Assembly (NCBI GenBank): GCA_951406725.2 | Contig: OX597831.1 | Span: 36,146,001-36,210,000 of the forward strand | DNA length: 64,000 bases | Source of the DNA: Octopus vulgaris | Taxonomy: Eukaryota | Direction: 5' to 3' | Shown: positions 39,171 to 53,663 of the stretch, piece after piece | How the letters are laid out: each line of letters opens with the position of its first letter | Numbering within the stretch: position 1 is the first letter of the stretch | Translations under genes and position numbers: made by a program | Notes under the pieces: generated by a model | Seen by the model: the letters and a program-made list of their open reading frames with translations, nothing else | Told to the model about the DNA's origin: nothing | Databases searched by the model: none

Positions 39171-40196
39171 CGATATTGCAAACATGCATTTCATTTGTGT
39201 ATTTTGTTGGTACCTACATTTTCACTTCTGCTTATAGAAGAATGGAACTTTGTTTCGCCTTCTAAAGCAAAATTTACAGTATCTCCACCTCTTATAACGA
39301 TAGGGACAGTGTGCTTTCGTAAAATCCTTTCATCTAGATGTAGATAATGGTAACCACGGCGAATATTAAGCTTAAATTTGACACAATTTAAATAGACGCT
39401 TAATTAACCCTATACTTGTTCCTTTATAAATTTAAACGCATAACTGCGCACGTATTTACATCACATTATCAGTACAACTTTGAACAGTTTATGATGGACA
39501 ATTCATTTAGCTACCGAAAATATACGCCATTCTATGAACTATAAAATATAATTACAATATGTACCACTTGATTCCCTATGCTGTCGAATACATTAAAATG
39601 TTAAATCATTTACAGTTATTCCCCAGAGAGTATTTGTAAGTACACATTTCGCAGTTCTATGAAATTAGTTCTTCAATTGATAACTTTCCGGGCACTACAA
39701 TCGCAAAATGGCTTAGTGATCAGTTCTTATTATTATGTACCGAACTCGCAGTTATTTACCGAGAATAACATAAATGGTGGTGACATGTCACGAAGTAAAC
39801 AGACAAACTTCTAGTAAATGCCTAAATTATTTTTAATGTAAATTTAACAAAATTAGCAGTTGAATGATGGGGGTGGAAGTCCAAGGTAAATCCCTAACAA
39901 TTAGGCACGGTCTAAATCTCTGTATCTACCGTATAAGCCATAAAAAGCCACATGGTCGCTCGTGTAATAGAAATAGAAGTAAAATCTTTTTCGAATAACA
40001 TCCTACCGTTTTAAGAATAACGGAAAGATACACTGGATAACAAATGTAGTGCTTGAAGAGGAGGAAGGTGACATTACAGTTATAGAAAACAAGAAAAGAA
40101 GGTGATAAATGTATAGATATATACGAGAGAAGAAACGGCTGGGACAGTATAAATATGCTATAAAAAAGTGGTGTTGGAAACTACGTATATATATAG

Positions 40197-40398
40197 GGAG
40201 AGTTTACGAAAAAAACAAAAGACGAAGACAGGTGGAGTACAAAACAAACAGATGTATTAGTATAACGCTCAGGAATAGAAAAAAGTCTTTTACGTTTCGA
40301 GCCTACGCTCTTCTACAGAAAGGGACACAGAAAAAACAAGGAGAGAAACAAGGAGAGGAAAAAATGTGTGTAGTGGCTAACGATCTATCATGGCGATG
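40197..40398 (-). mobile_element. Family B repeat (hammerhead motif 40287-40322)
   Basis: Minus strand CUUU CUGUAGA A GAGC guag GCUC GAAA CG UA AAAG; TA run at the 3' end. Confidence 0.75.
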
Positions 40399-40974
40399 TT
40401 GAGGTGTATTCCGTTAAGAACGTATTAGAGTACAAAATAGAGCTCGTTGTATCGAAACATGTGTAGTGGTCATTAAACAGCTGTCGAATCGTACTCCCTC
40501 TTAGTTTTGACTCAATTTATTTTTTCGTTTTGTATCCCTCAAATTACTGAGAAAACAACCATGTTTTTCCTAATACTAAGCTTCAAGTTTTCTTGCTTTG
40601 TTTTCTTTTTTAGATACGAGGATGTAAAATGAAGGAGATTTAGGGATGGCTTATAGCAGTAATTTAGTTTCAGGTGAGCTTCGATCGGACCTGGTACTTG
40701 TAGAGTGTCGACCGACAATGTACTGACACGATAAATATCAATTATTGTTGCAGTTTAGCACCATGTAAGTTCTGTCTCAGCAGACCTAGATCTAGTAATT
40801 TTTTGCCTTTGTACACATCTATAAATTCTTTAACCAATACACCTTTCACTTTTCAAAGATGGTGTAGTGTAAATTGTCGAAACACTACAAAAACGCTCAT
40901 TCGGTATCAGTATTATAATAAGGTCGGTTTTAAAACCAAACCGAATCTTAACTGAAAATAAAAATGAGTTCGTT

Positions 40975-42268
40975 ATTTAGGTACAAGAAGAGCAGTTTTC
41001 AAGTGTGTGGTTAGTTGATACCATCGACATTAGTACTTGACCGGTACTTCATTTTATCGATTCCAAAAAGGTTAAAGGCAAAATTGAACCTGGTAGGATT
41101 TGAACTCAGATTGTAAAGAACCGAAACAAATAGTTCGCAGTAGTATTTCTTTCTGATCCTCCAACGACTCTGTATGTTCATCGATTTTGACTTCATCATA
41201 ATAATGATGGTTTCAAATTTTGGCACAGGGCCAGCAGTTGTTTGAGGGGATCAGGTAAGTTGCTTATCTCGACCCCAGTGCTAGACTGGTAATTTATTTC
41301 AGCAGCGGTCGAAAAGATGAAAAGTAAAGTTGACCTGAATTGTATTTGAACTCACACCATAAAGAGCCGGATGAAATGGTGCGGAATATTTTGCATCATG
41401 ATTCTTCCAGATCACTGCTTTGAATAACAATAGCAATTCTTTCTATTATAGGGAAATTTGGGGGAAGGGCTAGTTGATAACGTCGACCCCAGCGTTCTAC
41501 TGGTACTTATTTTATCGACCAACAGACAGTTGACACGCAAAGTCGACCTTGGTGGAATGCGAAATCAGGAAGTAAAAAGCTTGATGAAATGCCGCTACGT
41601 ATTTTGTTCGGAGTGCTAACGAATCTGCCAGATCGCCACCTTCCTTTTCACTACAAGCAGAAAGCTTGAAATGCTGGGGGACATTGTTATTCGATTACGC
41701 GTCGACCCCAGCGCTGAACTATTGCTTATTTTACTGAACCCGAAAGACTGAATGGCAATGTCGGCCTCCAAGGAATTTGAACTCAAAACGTAAAGTTGGA
41801 AGAAATGATGCGAAGTATTTAGTGCGGCGTGTTAACGTTTTTGTCAGATCACTTCCATCAATAATAATCCTTTCTACTATAGGCTCAAGGCCTGAAATTT
41901 TGGGGTTGAGGTTAGTCTATTAGATATACCCCAGTATGCAACTGGTACTTAATTTATCGACCCCGAAAAAGGATGAAAAGCAAAGTTGACCTCAGTGGAA
42001 TATGAACTCAGAACATAACAGCAGACAAAATACCTATTTCTTTACTACCCACAAGGGGCTAAACACAGAGAAGACAAACAAGGACAGACAAACGGATTAA
42101 GTCGATTATAGCGACCCCAGTGCGTAACTGGTACTTATTTAATTGACCCCGAAAGGATGAAAGGCAAAGTCGAGCTCGGAGGAATTTGAACTCAGAACGT
42201 AATAGCAGACGAAATACGGCTACGCAGTTCGCCCGGCGTGCTATCGTTTCTGCCAGCTCGCCGCCTTC
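40975..42268 (-). mobile_element. Cluster of about six S1 SINE units of different ages
   Basis: Successive minus-strand cores, increasingly intact toward 42268. Confidence 0.85.
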
Positions 42269-42308
42269 ACTTCCATTAATAACAATCATAATAATAATAA
42301 TAATGATC

Positions 42309-42342
<34 letters not shown>

Positions 42343-42344
42343 TC

Positions 42345-42384
<40 letters not shown>

Positions 42385-43594
42385 TAATATGATGATGATG
42401 ATGATGATGATGATTTAAAAAAAAAATTAAAACATTATTTTCAAAGAATTCTTCCGAGATTTTCTTCACTTTTATTTATTTTCCACTTAGAGTCATAGAT
42501 ATTTCTTGCTTATTTATAATTCTATCTTTTTCTTCCTAATTGCATTGGACATATTGGAGAGATGATGGAGCTTTTCATATTGTTTTATTTATTTATAGAA
42601 GTCATGTCTACATTTCTATATTTCTTCCATCACGGATTCAATTATTACGTCAAGCTGAAATCTATAAAAATAAAAGACGGCTACGATGCAGCCGTGGATG
42701 CGAAGTTAAGAAATTAACTTCGTAAACACTCAGTTCCGGGATCGATCCAAAACGGTGGTACTTTGGAAAAGCATCTCTTATTATAACCTCGAGTTGACGA
42801 TTACATTGATTCCCTTTGCTTTGGTACAAAGCCTCAGATTTCACTGAAAGGTATAATTATTTATATCTATTCCAGTACTTGATTAGTATTTTGTATAAAC
42901 AACACCAGACAGATGCCAGGCAGAATTTGACCTCAGAGAGATCTGATTTCAAATCATAAACGGCTAGAACTAAAAAAATGTAAGGTGCTTTTTTTTCCGA
43001 CGCTCTAACGTATCTCCCACTCCCATGCCTTGCCCTACATAGACTAATGTATTGCGAGAGAAATTTATTGACAGATGTAAACTAAATCCAATATGTGCAT
43101 GTGTGCGTATCTGCAAGTATATGGGCCTATTTTTGTATGTGTGTTTATACATGTATCTGTGTATATGTGCACGCACATACGTGCATTTGGTTCATCGTGG
43201 TGTGAGAACCGTTACGTTTGAACAGAAATAGCCTGCGGTATTAATGTCCGACCAAATTATACCCCACTTCCTTGCGGCAATGTCCTCTTTCCATAAAGTA
43301 TGCTACGAGATCGATGAAATTAAATACCAGACAAATGACAGTAATCGATATGTTTGACAAAAGCGCTGGAAGGAAGTGTCTTCAGCATGACCGCCATACA
43401 ATGACCGAAACTCAATTTAAAAAGTGAAGGCCTGCAACGTACACCCACACACTTACGCACGCGCGCAGGCTTACACGTACATACACATAGGACAACACAT
43501 ACTATCACCAGCAATAAATTCCAATGCAGGAAGCATACCAGCCATGTTTAACATAGCAAATTGTATCACTTTAAATGTTCTAGTAAGTATATGT

Positions 43595-43860
43595 GTGGAG
43601 GCGCATGGCTTAATGATTAGTGTGTCAGCACCATGATCGTTAGATTGTGGTTTCGATTCTTGGACCGGGCGACGCGTTGTGTTCTTGAGCAAAACAGTTT
43701 ATTTCACGTTTCTCCAGTCCACTCAGCTGGCAAAAATGAGTTACGCTGTGATAGACTGGCGTCCTGTCCAGCTGGGGAGCACATACGCCATAGAAACCGG
43801 GAAACCGGGCCCATGAGCCTGGCTAGGATTTAAAAGGGCGCATTTATTATTTTTTTATTT
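43595..43860 (+). mobile_element. tRNA-derived SINE (S3-type head, distinct tail)
   Basis: GTGGAGGCGCATGGCTTAATG..GGTTTCGATTC head; GATAGACTGGCGTCCTGTCCAG body; ATTT-rich end. Confidence 0.8.
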
Positions 43861-44464
43861 AGTAAGCATAGGTAGGTGTATACACACACACATATAAGAA
43901 ATTAAAGAAGGAAAATGCACACACTTTACATAGAGTTAATATAGTTTTTAATATATCATATATTATGTTTGTCGACCGGTTTCGCTTTCGCTAGTCCAGC
44001 CCAAGTTGTCATCTATAATCTTGAAATTTAAAAGTAATTCAAATTCAATGTTTTCTTGAAATAATATACTTCTATAGAGATTAGGATTTAAATTCCAATC
44101 TATGAGAAGTTTCCGTTCTACAATATTCTTAAAGCAACTCGGGCCTTGTAAGTGTAAACGACTAAGTGGCATCTTTTGTCAAGAGTACAGGCAACAGTCA
44201 AATCGCTGATGTTTGTTGTGTACTCCGCTGTGGTTATTTGATTGCTGTTATTCTGTGCGTCTGTGTATAAAGATCAGTTGTGTTTTGCAGGGTTGCTTTA
44301 TTTTTACCCTTAACTTAGAAATGGAGAACGAACGACATAGTGCTATATATATATATATATATATATATGGGGTTAGAAATAAAGCAGAAAAACGTGAAAT
44401 TCTTCGAGTAGGCATGTGCCATATACGAAATCTGTGATGAGCTCGAGTGACCTGGAAGGGCCTC

Positions 44465-44523
<59 letters not shown>

Positions 44524-44636
44524 CTGCTCGCTTAGCCAGCGGGGTGGCGTCATTCGAAGGTTAAAATAATGCGAACGCATTATGACCAGCGATGTGTAAC
44601 AACATCTGATTGTCTGGTCGGTCACGTGATCACGTG

Positions 44637-44675
<39 letters not shown>

Positions 44676-45001
44676 CGTACAAAGTATAAACTCTATACTT
44701 GGAATGACCAATTTTAGATACAACAGGATTTTATTCATGAGTTGTTGGACACTTATATGTATACCATTGTGTCTATAAAAAATGGATCTACAAATACAAT
44801 ATACCTACACGTCTCACAGCTATTTTCTCTCCTCCACCTCACTCTCTATTTTGTATCTTATCTAAATTAAATATTACTTAACCATCCTCTCACACCGTCT
44901 CCGATGAAGAGATATAATAAATATCCTGGAAACAGCTGTAAGACCTTCTATCTACAAAGTTCTAAAATCTACACAGCTTTGGTTTTTTATCTCATTACGA
45001 A

Positions 45002-45108
<107 letters not shown>

Positions 45109-45158
45109 TTATTTTCGTATATGATATAGTTTATGTCTATCATTGTTTGAATTACATA

Positions 45159-45209
<51 letters not shown>

Positions 45210-45214
45210 GTATA

Positions 45215-45276
<62 letters not shown>

Positions 45277-45888
45277 GAGAGAGAGAGTGTGAGAGAGAGA
45301 GAGAGGAGAGAGAAAGAGATGCATATCAGTAGTGGTATGAGTGTGTATATACATACATATGCATATCTGTGTGTTTGGGTGTATTCTTATATGTGTATAT
45401 GTATGAGTGTGAATGAGTAAAACTGATGAGAATAATTAAATTCTTTTATGGTATTTACGTATGTTTTGTGTCGAATTACGTTGCTCCATTCTAAAATGTT
45501 AGACTTAAACAGTTGATCAATAGGGAATAATAGCGTAAGCAACTGATATGAATGGGGTTAACATTCAAATCGACAGGGACGACTTTACTTTTTATTTCTT
45601 GGTTGGGAGAGGATCGATAAAATAAGTACCAGTTAAACACTAGGGTCGATGTAATCGACTTATCCTCTTCCGCAAAGTTTCTGGTCTTGTACCAAAATTG
45701 AAACTGATATCAATAAGGTCAAACTCATCGACTACGGCACAACAAGTTTGTGATCAAGCATGGCCAGTAACTAAAATCAGAAAAGAAAGCAAATACGTAC
45801 ATAAATACACACACACATGCACGCACACACACACACGCACACTCACATACACACAAACACACGCACATACACATATACATGTATGTAT

Positions 45889-45977
<89 letters not shown>

Positions 45978-45986
45978 CATCCATCC

Positions 45987-46329
<343 letters not shown>

Positions 46330-47207
46330 GAACATATATATCAGAGGGAGGGGTAGAATCGTAATGAGGAACAGCTTTTATACCACAGAACCAAAGTACA
46401 AGACATAAATATGAAAATAGACAGTAGCTTTGTTAGAACACAATATATATACACATACATATATACACACATATGCATATGTGTGTATGTATGACTATGT
46501 ATGTATATCTGTGTGTATGCACTTTTCTGTGTATTTGCGCCGTATTTATTCATATTTAGGTTAAATACATTTACATAATCCAAATAAAATTTGCCATTCG
46601 TACAATGCTCATTACCATAATTTTGATTTGTTAATATTTGAAGATTCTGGAATTGTATAAATAATTCAAAGAAGTAAATGAAGATTGTACAACGTCAATC
46701 GCTTACTGATAAGCAAATATTTCAAACAGTGGAATATCATTTATACCATTACGAAGAAGAATAGCTTAACGCTTCGGATAATTATTTTTTTTCGGAAAGG
46801 AATGAAAGTGACTAAGACAATAAAAATAAAGGTTTTAAAACTAAACAAAAGATTTGCGTCGTGAAGAAAGACAAGCATCCGAAACGTTAGAATTCTCTTA
46901 TTTCTTGCGGCATATTCCACTGTTTGTATTTACTGCTTCATGTTTTGATGGCACAAGACATTACAAGCTACTTCCGATGCTGCTGGTTAACTCTTTGTCT
47001 GTATCTCTCTGTCTCTCGCTGTCTCTCTTTCTGACACTCACACACACATACACACGCAATACACTCACAAAGTTTACTGAAACTGAATGTTTATCCCGAA
47101 ACCGCGATCTTCAGGTAACAAGACATACGCTCACACACGTATATGCCCGCACGCATATACATACATATCCACACACACACACACGTCTGCACGAAAATAC
47201 ATACATA

Positions 47208-47431
47208 ACCTATTTCTTTACTACCAACAAGGGGCTAAACACAGAGGGGACAAACAAAGACAAACAAACGGATTAAGTCGATTATATCGACCCCAGTGCG
47301 TAACTGGTACTTATGTAATCGACCCCGAAAGGATGAAAGGTAAAGTCGACCTCGGCGGAATTTGAACTCAGAACGCAGCGACAGACGAAATACTGCTAAG
47401 CATTTCGTCCGGCGTACTAACGTTTCTGCCA
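47208..47431 (-). mobile_element. S1 SINE
   Basis: Core and tail on the minus strand; the 3' junction reads AAAGAAATA|GGTTA. Confidence 0.9.
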
Positions 47432-47786
47432 ACCACACACACACATACATGTCCGCTCACACACACATGCGTCCTCATGCACACGCATACACGATCGCGC
47501 GCGAGAGCATACACACACACACACACACACACATGATTGATTGACAGAGCCGTTAAAGTATTTTAATCTGGTTTTCTGTGCTTTGACGTCTCGTCCTGTT
47601 GTAACCAACTTTGCATTCTATCTTTTAGTAGTTGATAAAATATTAAAAGTCCAATACTTGTGCGGCCACTTTCTGTCCTTCAGTACAGTAATGAAAACAT
47701 CAAAATGGACGACGTTCTGTAGGTTTGTGGATTCCTTCCCTATTGAGACAGTAAATACTTCACTTACTATCTATTCACCTGCTATA

Positions 47787-47963
47787 GGCGTAGGAGTGGC
47801 TGTGTGGTAACTAGCTTGCTTACCAACAACATGTTTCCAGGTTCTGTCCCACTGCGTGTCACCTTGGGTAAGTGTCTTCTACTATAGCCTCGGGCCGACC
47901 AAAGCCTTGTGAGTGGATTTAGTTGACGGAAACTGAAAAACGCCCGTCGTATATATATGTATA

Positions 47964-48008
<45 letters not shown>

Positions 48009-48203
48009 GTATATGTGTGTGTGTGTGTGTGTATGTTTGTGTGTCTGTATTTGTCCCCTCTCCAACATTGCTTGACAACTGATGCTGGTGTGTTTACGTC
48101 GCCGTAACTTAGTTGTTCGGCAAAAGAGACCGATAGAATAAGTACTAGGCGGTGCTCCAGCATGCCCACAGTCAAATGACTGAAGCAAGTAAAGAGTAAA
48201 AGT
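47787..48203 (+). mobile_element. S2 SINE
   Basis: Head GGCGTAGGAGTGGCTGTGTGGTAA, internal (TA)n/(TG)n, tail AAGTAAAGAGTAAAAG. Confidence 0.9.
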
Positions 48204-48345
48204 GATCTTCAGTTAGAAAGGTAACCCCAGCTTCAAAATACGAACGTTACTAATTACGAACCTCCCCAGAGAATAAATTTATCATCGAAGAATTAAATGC
48301 CAGAAGTTTTTCGCTGCTAAACTAATTAAATATAAGAGAATATGC

Positions 48346-48398
<53 letters not shown>

Positions 48399-48982
48399 TA
48401 ATAATAAAAATAATAAAATTAATATAAAAACAAATACAAAATATAGAAAAGCGGGGAAAATTGAAATTTAAATCGATATTAGTTCTGTCAACTGACGTTG
48501 AAATATTCTGAATCTCACATAATATTATTCTCAATCTTTTTATTTTCTATTTTATTTTAATATTAATGACAGAAATGTGTATATTTTTGCTTCATATTTT
48601 TTAAATCTTTTGTCAGGATTTGTGTATTATTCAATTTTTAATAACAAATTTATTACTTCGCCGATTACTTTCATATTTGTTTTCTATGTTATTTATTTAT
48701 TTATTCATTTAAAAAAAAAAAATTCAGCTTTGTTAAATCTGATATCATGATTTTTATTTGATTAGTCCAATATTTCACATCGTCATAATTAACTTTACTG
48801 AATTTTCTCGTTTGCTATTCTCAGTAGAATTTGTATTTCGAAATGCCTATAATTATCCCATCAAATACGAATCTATATAGCTGTACATATATTTCACTAT
48901 AACGCTCTCTCTATATATAAATATCTATATACATATATCTTTATGTCTATCTCTATATATATGAATATAATATATCTATATC

Positions 48983-49037
<55 letters not shown>

Positions 49038-49098
49038 GCAAGTCTATCTATGTGCTCATATATACTTGTATACATACATATATATACACATACATATA

Positions 49099-49152
<54 letters not shown>

Positions 49153-51449
49153 CATAAATACATATATACATACATATCTACACCACCAAACATATATATG
49201 TGCATATTAGTGTTTTAACGGATCGCAGAATGCATAAACAGTATCTATATACCAACAGAAAGAATAAATAACTTATTCGATTAACTGGAATCAGCGCTAA
49301 CTTGATACCCAGGGTTTCACCAGACACGAAATTTCATGTCTTTACAGTCGGTAGTTCTGGTGAAACATAATTGATAGCGATCAAAATGGCGGTGATGATA
49401 AGATCATGTGATTCATCATCACAAATAATACGTAGGCTCTATGCTGTGTTCCTCAATTTGTTGTGAATTTAGTATAGTTTAAGGGAGATAACTCAAGAGT
49501 TTGAAGTAATGAAATGACATGGTACAGATATAAAATAAAGGCATGATTATAAGATTAGAGGGTGGTAAACCAGCAGATTTTTATTATAGATCACTTTGTA
49601 AATTCACGTCTGCATTTTTCATTTTCCCGCCTTCGCATGTATAGACGTGTCTACGTATGATGTGCGGGTTCAGGTCTGGGCAATTCAAAATTTTGAAGAT
49701 TTTAAAATGTATGTTTTATTGTGATTTCTAAAAACTATAATAAAAGTAGATCCAAAGTTCAAATTTATATCATTTTATGGCATTTTGAATTTGGAACAAG
49801 TGAATGGTAGATGAATAATGTCAGAATTTTATCAGTCAAAAAATCGTTAAAATGAAAAGAATAGTTTGGAAATCTTTTTTTTTTTTTTTTAGAAAACTAA
49901 ATGATTTTTTCTATTTAGTCTAGAAAAGAAAAGCGGTTTAGGTGTGTATCATATTTAAACCCTGGTGATTTCTTGTAACCTTAGAAACAATATTGAAGAC
50001 TTTTGATGATGCCGCTAGAGTCTAGTGAAATTTACTCACATTTCAAGGTGTTTTCCACGAATGCTGTAATCTTGAGAAAAAAAGGCACAGGGTAACATCC
50101 AGAGGCTATTTGATTTCGAAAACTCAAGACATACGCTTAATTAAATAACAGTTTCTAAACCGTTATAATTATTATTTTTACAGCTTTTTTTTCTCTTATT
50201 ATTTTCATCAAATTTTGCTTAAAATGTTTGATGCTGATTTATATAAAAACTATCCTTTTATGAGCTTTTAAAATGTTAAAGTGATATGAAATATTGTAGG
50301 GCAAGAGATGGCAGTAACTAACAAAATTAGGAAGCAAAGTCAATAAGAAGGATTTACTAGACAAACCGTGTATCACAGATTATTCGCATTTTACCAAAAA
50401 AAGAAAAAAAAAATCTGGGAAAATTTACCTGATAAAAAGAAATATGGTGTAAAGAAAAATTTGAAAGTTTGTAACTCGTAGTTACTTGTACATGGTTGGT
50501 GTAGTGTTGATCCAAATTGCATCTTTTCTAGGAAATAGATAAAGTCTTGTATACATAGTTTGGGTAGTCACAATGAACATGAGCTTTCCGTAGAATATTT
50601 TCTTAAAATTTGTAAATAAGATGTTTTGAATGGGAGATTTTATTTGCCAATGATACATTCAACCATATGCCCAGATAATTACTTCTATGAAAGTATCAAA
50701 TGTTCGAAGACAGGCATGACGAATTTAGTATGAATGCGTTTTCTGGTACACTGTTCGCTTGTGACATAAACCTTAATGTTCATTATACTTATTTGGTAGT
50801 TTCATCACCTTGACATTTTCATCTTTCACAATTCGATACATTTGCCACAGTCTTCGTGATCTCTAACCCATTCTAGATAATGTGTGTCTTAATCAAGAAG
50901 AATTTTCCATATTTTTGTTTTAATTCATTAATAGCTATTTGTGACGATTGCAATCTATACAAAATCAAGATGACGAAATATACAAATTCTCTGCAGAAAG
51001 TTTAGCCTAACTACCGAAAAAGTATATTTAGCAGTCATATGCTGCATCATCCTTCTGCTAAAAACTTTGTCTTCATACTATCATATTATTTAAAGCACTA
51101 GGAATACACAGGAGTCAACTTGGTTGGCTTAACTTTTCCTTCTAAAACAATATATCTAGCTTTGCGACTGCGTTATAAACCATTACAAAGGCTAGGAGAC
51201 TAAATGACCAGCAATATTCGTTTGCTTCATAGCATTTGTGATTTAAATCAGCGATTGTTATAAGATTCTCACCGCAAGTTGAAGAATGAGGGATTCTTGT
51301 CCTCTGAGGAATGACCAAGCAACCGTAAAACAGATCAGGACAATTTCTTTATATTTCTACTTGCAAAGAGATTAATTTCTTTTTTTTACGTTTGTTTGCT
51401 TTTCACAGCATACTTGTTATAAATTGTTATGTATATATACACACATATA

Positions 51450-51486
<37 letters not shown>

Positions 51487-51730
51487 GCATGCTTATATAT
51501 ATACAACCATGTTGTATTCCTTTACCACAATTTTATCTCACTATTTCTTCCTCTTTCTGTTGTACCTGTATTTCAAAAGGGCCATCCTTGTCACACTCTG
51601 TGAAACTCTGAATCTCTCCGAGAACTATGTTAAGGCTACACGTGTCCGTGGAGTACGTTAATTTCCCGAGCAGGCTGTTCTGTTAATCGGATCAACTGGC
51701 ACCCTCGTCATCGTAACCGACGGAGTGCCA

Positions 51731-51778
<48 letters not shown>

Positions 51779-51786
51779 TTCAAAAT

Positions 51787-51990
51787 GTAACCACATGTGA
51801 ATCCTTGGTGATTCTTTTCCCTCCGTCTTCCTTTTCTATTGGACTTTCCACTGTTTCTGAAGAAGAGCGTTGTTCGAAACGTCAAACCACCTTTATTTCC
51901 TTCTCAGAGCGTCTGCTAATACTTTACATGTACCACGTTCTCGCGTTGTTGCTTTTTTGTGTTTGTTTTTCGTTTTCTTTTGGATTTACT
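51787..51990 (+). mobile_element. Family A repeat
   Basis: Homologous to 1053-1259; ends at (TA)n. Confidence 0.75.
51853..51887 (+). ncRNA. Minimal type-I hammerhead ribozyme with fully canonical core
   Basis: GUUU CUGAAGA A GAGC guu GUUC GAAA CG UC AAAC; predicted cleavage after C51883 (GUC); stem III is the palindrome ACGU. Confidence 0.75.
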
Positions 51991-52282
51991 TTATATATAT
52001 ATATATGTATGTGTGTGTGAGTGTGTGTGTATGTGTTAGTATTAGTATTAGTAGTAGTAGTAGTAGTTGTTAGAAACTCTTTATAAATGATGAAAGCAGT
52101 AACTATAGTGAGAAGTAATGCTTATCGCCACTTCAACGTGTCTGTTCGGTAGGAACCGACGTTACTACCGTTTTTAACCCCCGGAGGAAGCCTCATTCAG
52201 CTGGTTATCGATGCATTCTGCACCTGATATATATTGCATGTAGGGGAGCTAACCCCCACCATCTTCTAGCGACGATGGGACC

Positions 52283-52321
<39 letters not shown>

Positions 52322-52455
52322 AATACATATATATATATAGTTAATCCAAACAAGAAAACACAGAAAAAAACAAGCAACGCGAGGACGTGGAACAATTAAA
52401 GTATTATTTGACGCTCAGGAAAGAAGGGAAGGAATATAAATATATATATATATGT

Positions 52456-52511
<56 letters not shown>

Positions 52512-53605
52512 GGATTCAGTTGATTGCTCAAGCGAACATTGATTTAGAGTACACCTGACAGAACATTCCACAGCGCAATTTTCAGTCAGCGTGACGAAGT
52601 GTGTGTGTGTGACAAGTTAGTACTTTTGAATTCTCCGTGAAATCCATCACACGGGCTTCCCTACAGTTTCCACCCACTTAATTTACCCCCCACAAATCAC
52701 GAGTCAGTTTGAGGCTATAGAAAATGATAGGTGCCCAAGATAGCTCTTAGCAGAATCGAACCACATACCTCCATGCTTGCGAAAGGAAATAAACACAAAT
52801 TCAATCACACTGAACCTATGTGTGAATGTCTTTACGTGCGTGTCTCTATATACATGGGTGTGCGCATGCGCATATCTAGATTAATTTCCAAAATGAATAC
52901 CGAATATGTTCATATGTTGACAGGGTTCGCTGACATCATTCACAAAATGGATGCTGAAATTTTCCAGTTGAACTATTTGAAATTTCAGAAGCAGCGTCAT
53001 TTCACTTCTTTAAAATTGCAATTATCGTTAAGTAATGTAATATATTAATATCAATAATTACTATTATTGTATTACAGTACTTAACGGTTATTCGTTAAAA
53101 AGCAATAACCTTCTTTTTCGCTTTCTATTTCCTATCATAATTAATAATCATTCGTGATAGAAACAGAAGATGACCGAAATGATGCTTTTTTATTGTTTGG
53201 AACGAATAACTATATTATTTATTTATTCATTTATTTATTTTTAATCGGAAGAACGAGTGGTTTAATCAAAGAACAGAAAAGACAAAGAAAAAAAAATGAG
53301 AAGAAATGTTGCATTATGCTCAATTTCGTTTACTGAAAGATAATTTAAGAAGCAATATTCGAATTAAGGGTAATGGAATAACAGAAAATGTGCTTTCCGT
53401 TTATTTCATTGCGCGCTTATCCATCTTACCTGAAATTGTGCTTCGAAAATGTGAACTCCTATAGAACTAATATTTTCAATTGAAATCGCCGTACTGTCTA
53501 CAAATAATGCAATGAACTTTTGACATTAATATACAGAAAGTAATAATACAATAATAATGTTCACACATACAGCTGCTGAACACACATTCATATTTCTAAG
53601 AGTTT

Positions 53606-53663
<58 letters not shown>

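Noticed and set aside
50450-51340. Coding-like unique sequence; also 14420-14710, 23670-23880, 25480-25670 and 58912-59244
   Set aside because: No recognisable motif and stops in most frames checked; possibly very old transposon debris, not assignable by eye.
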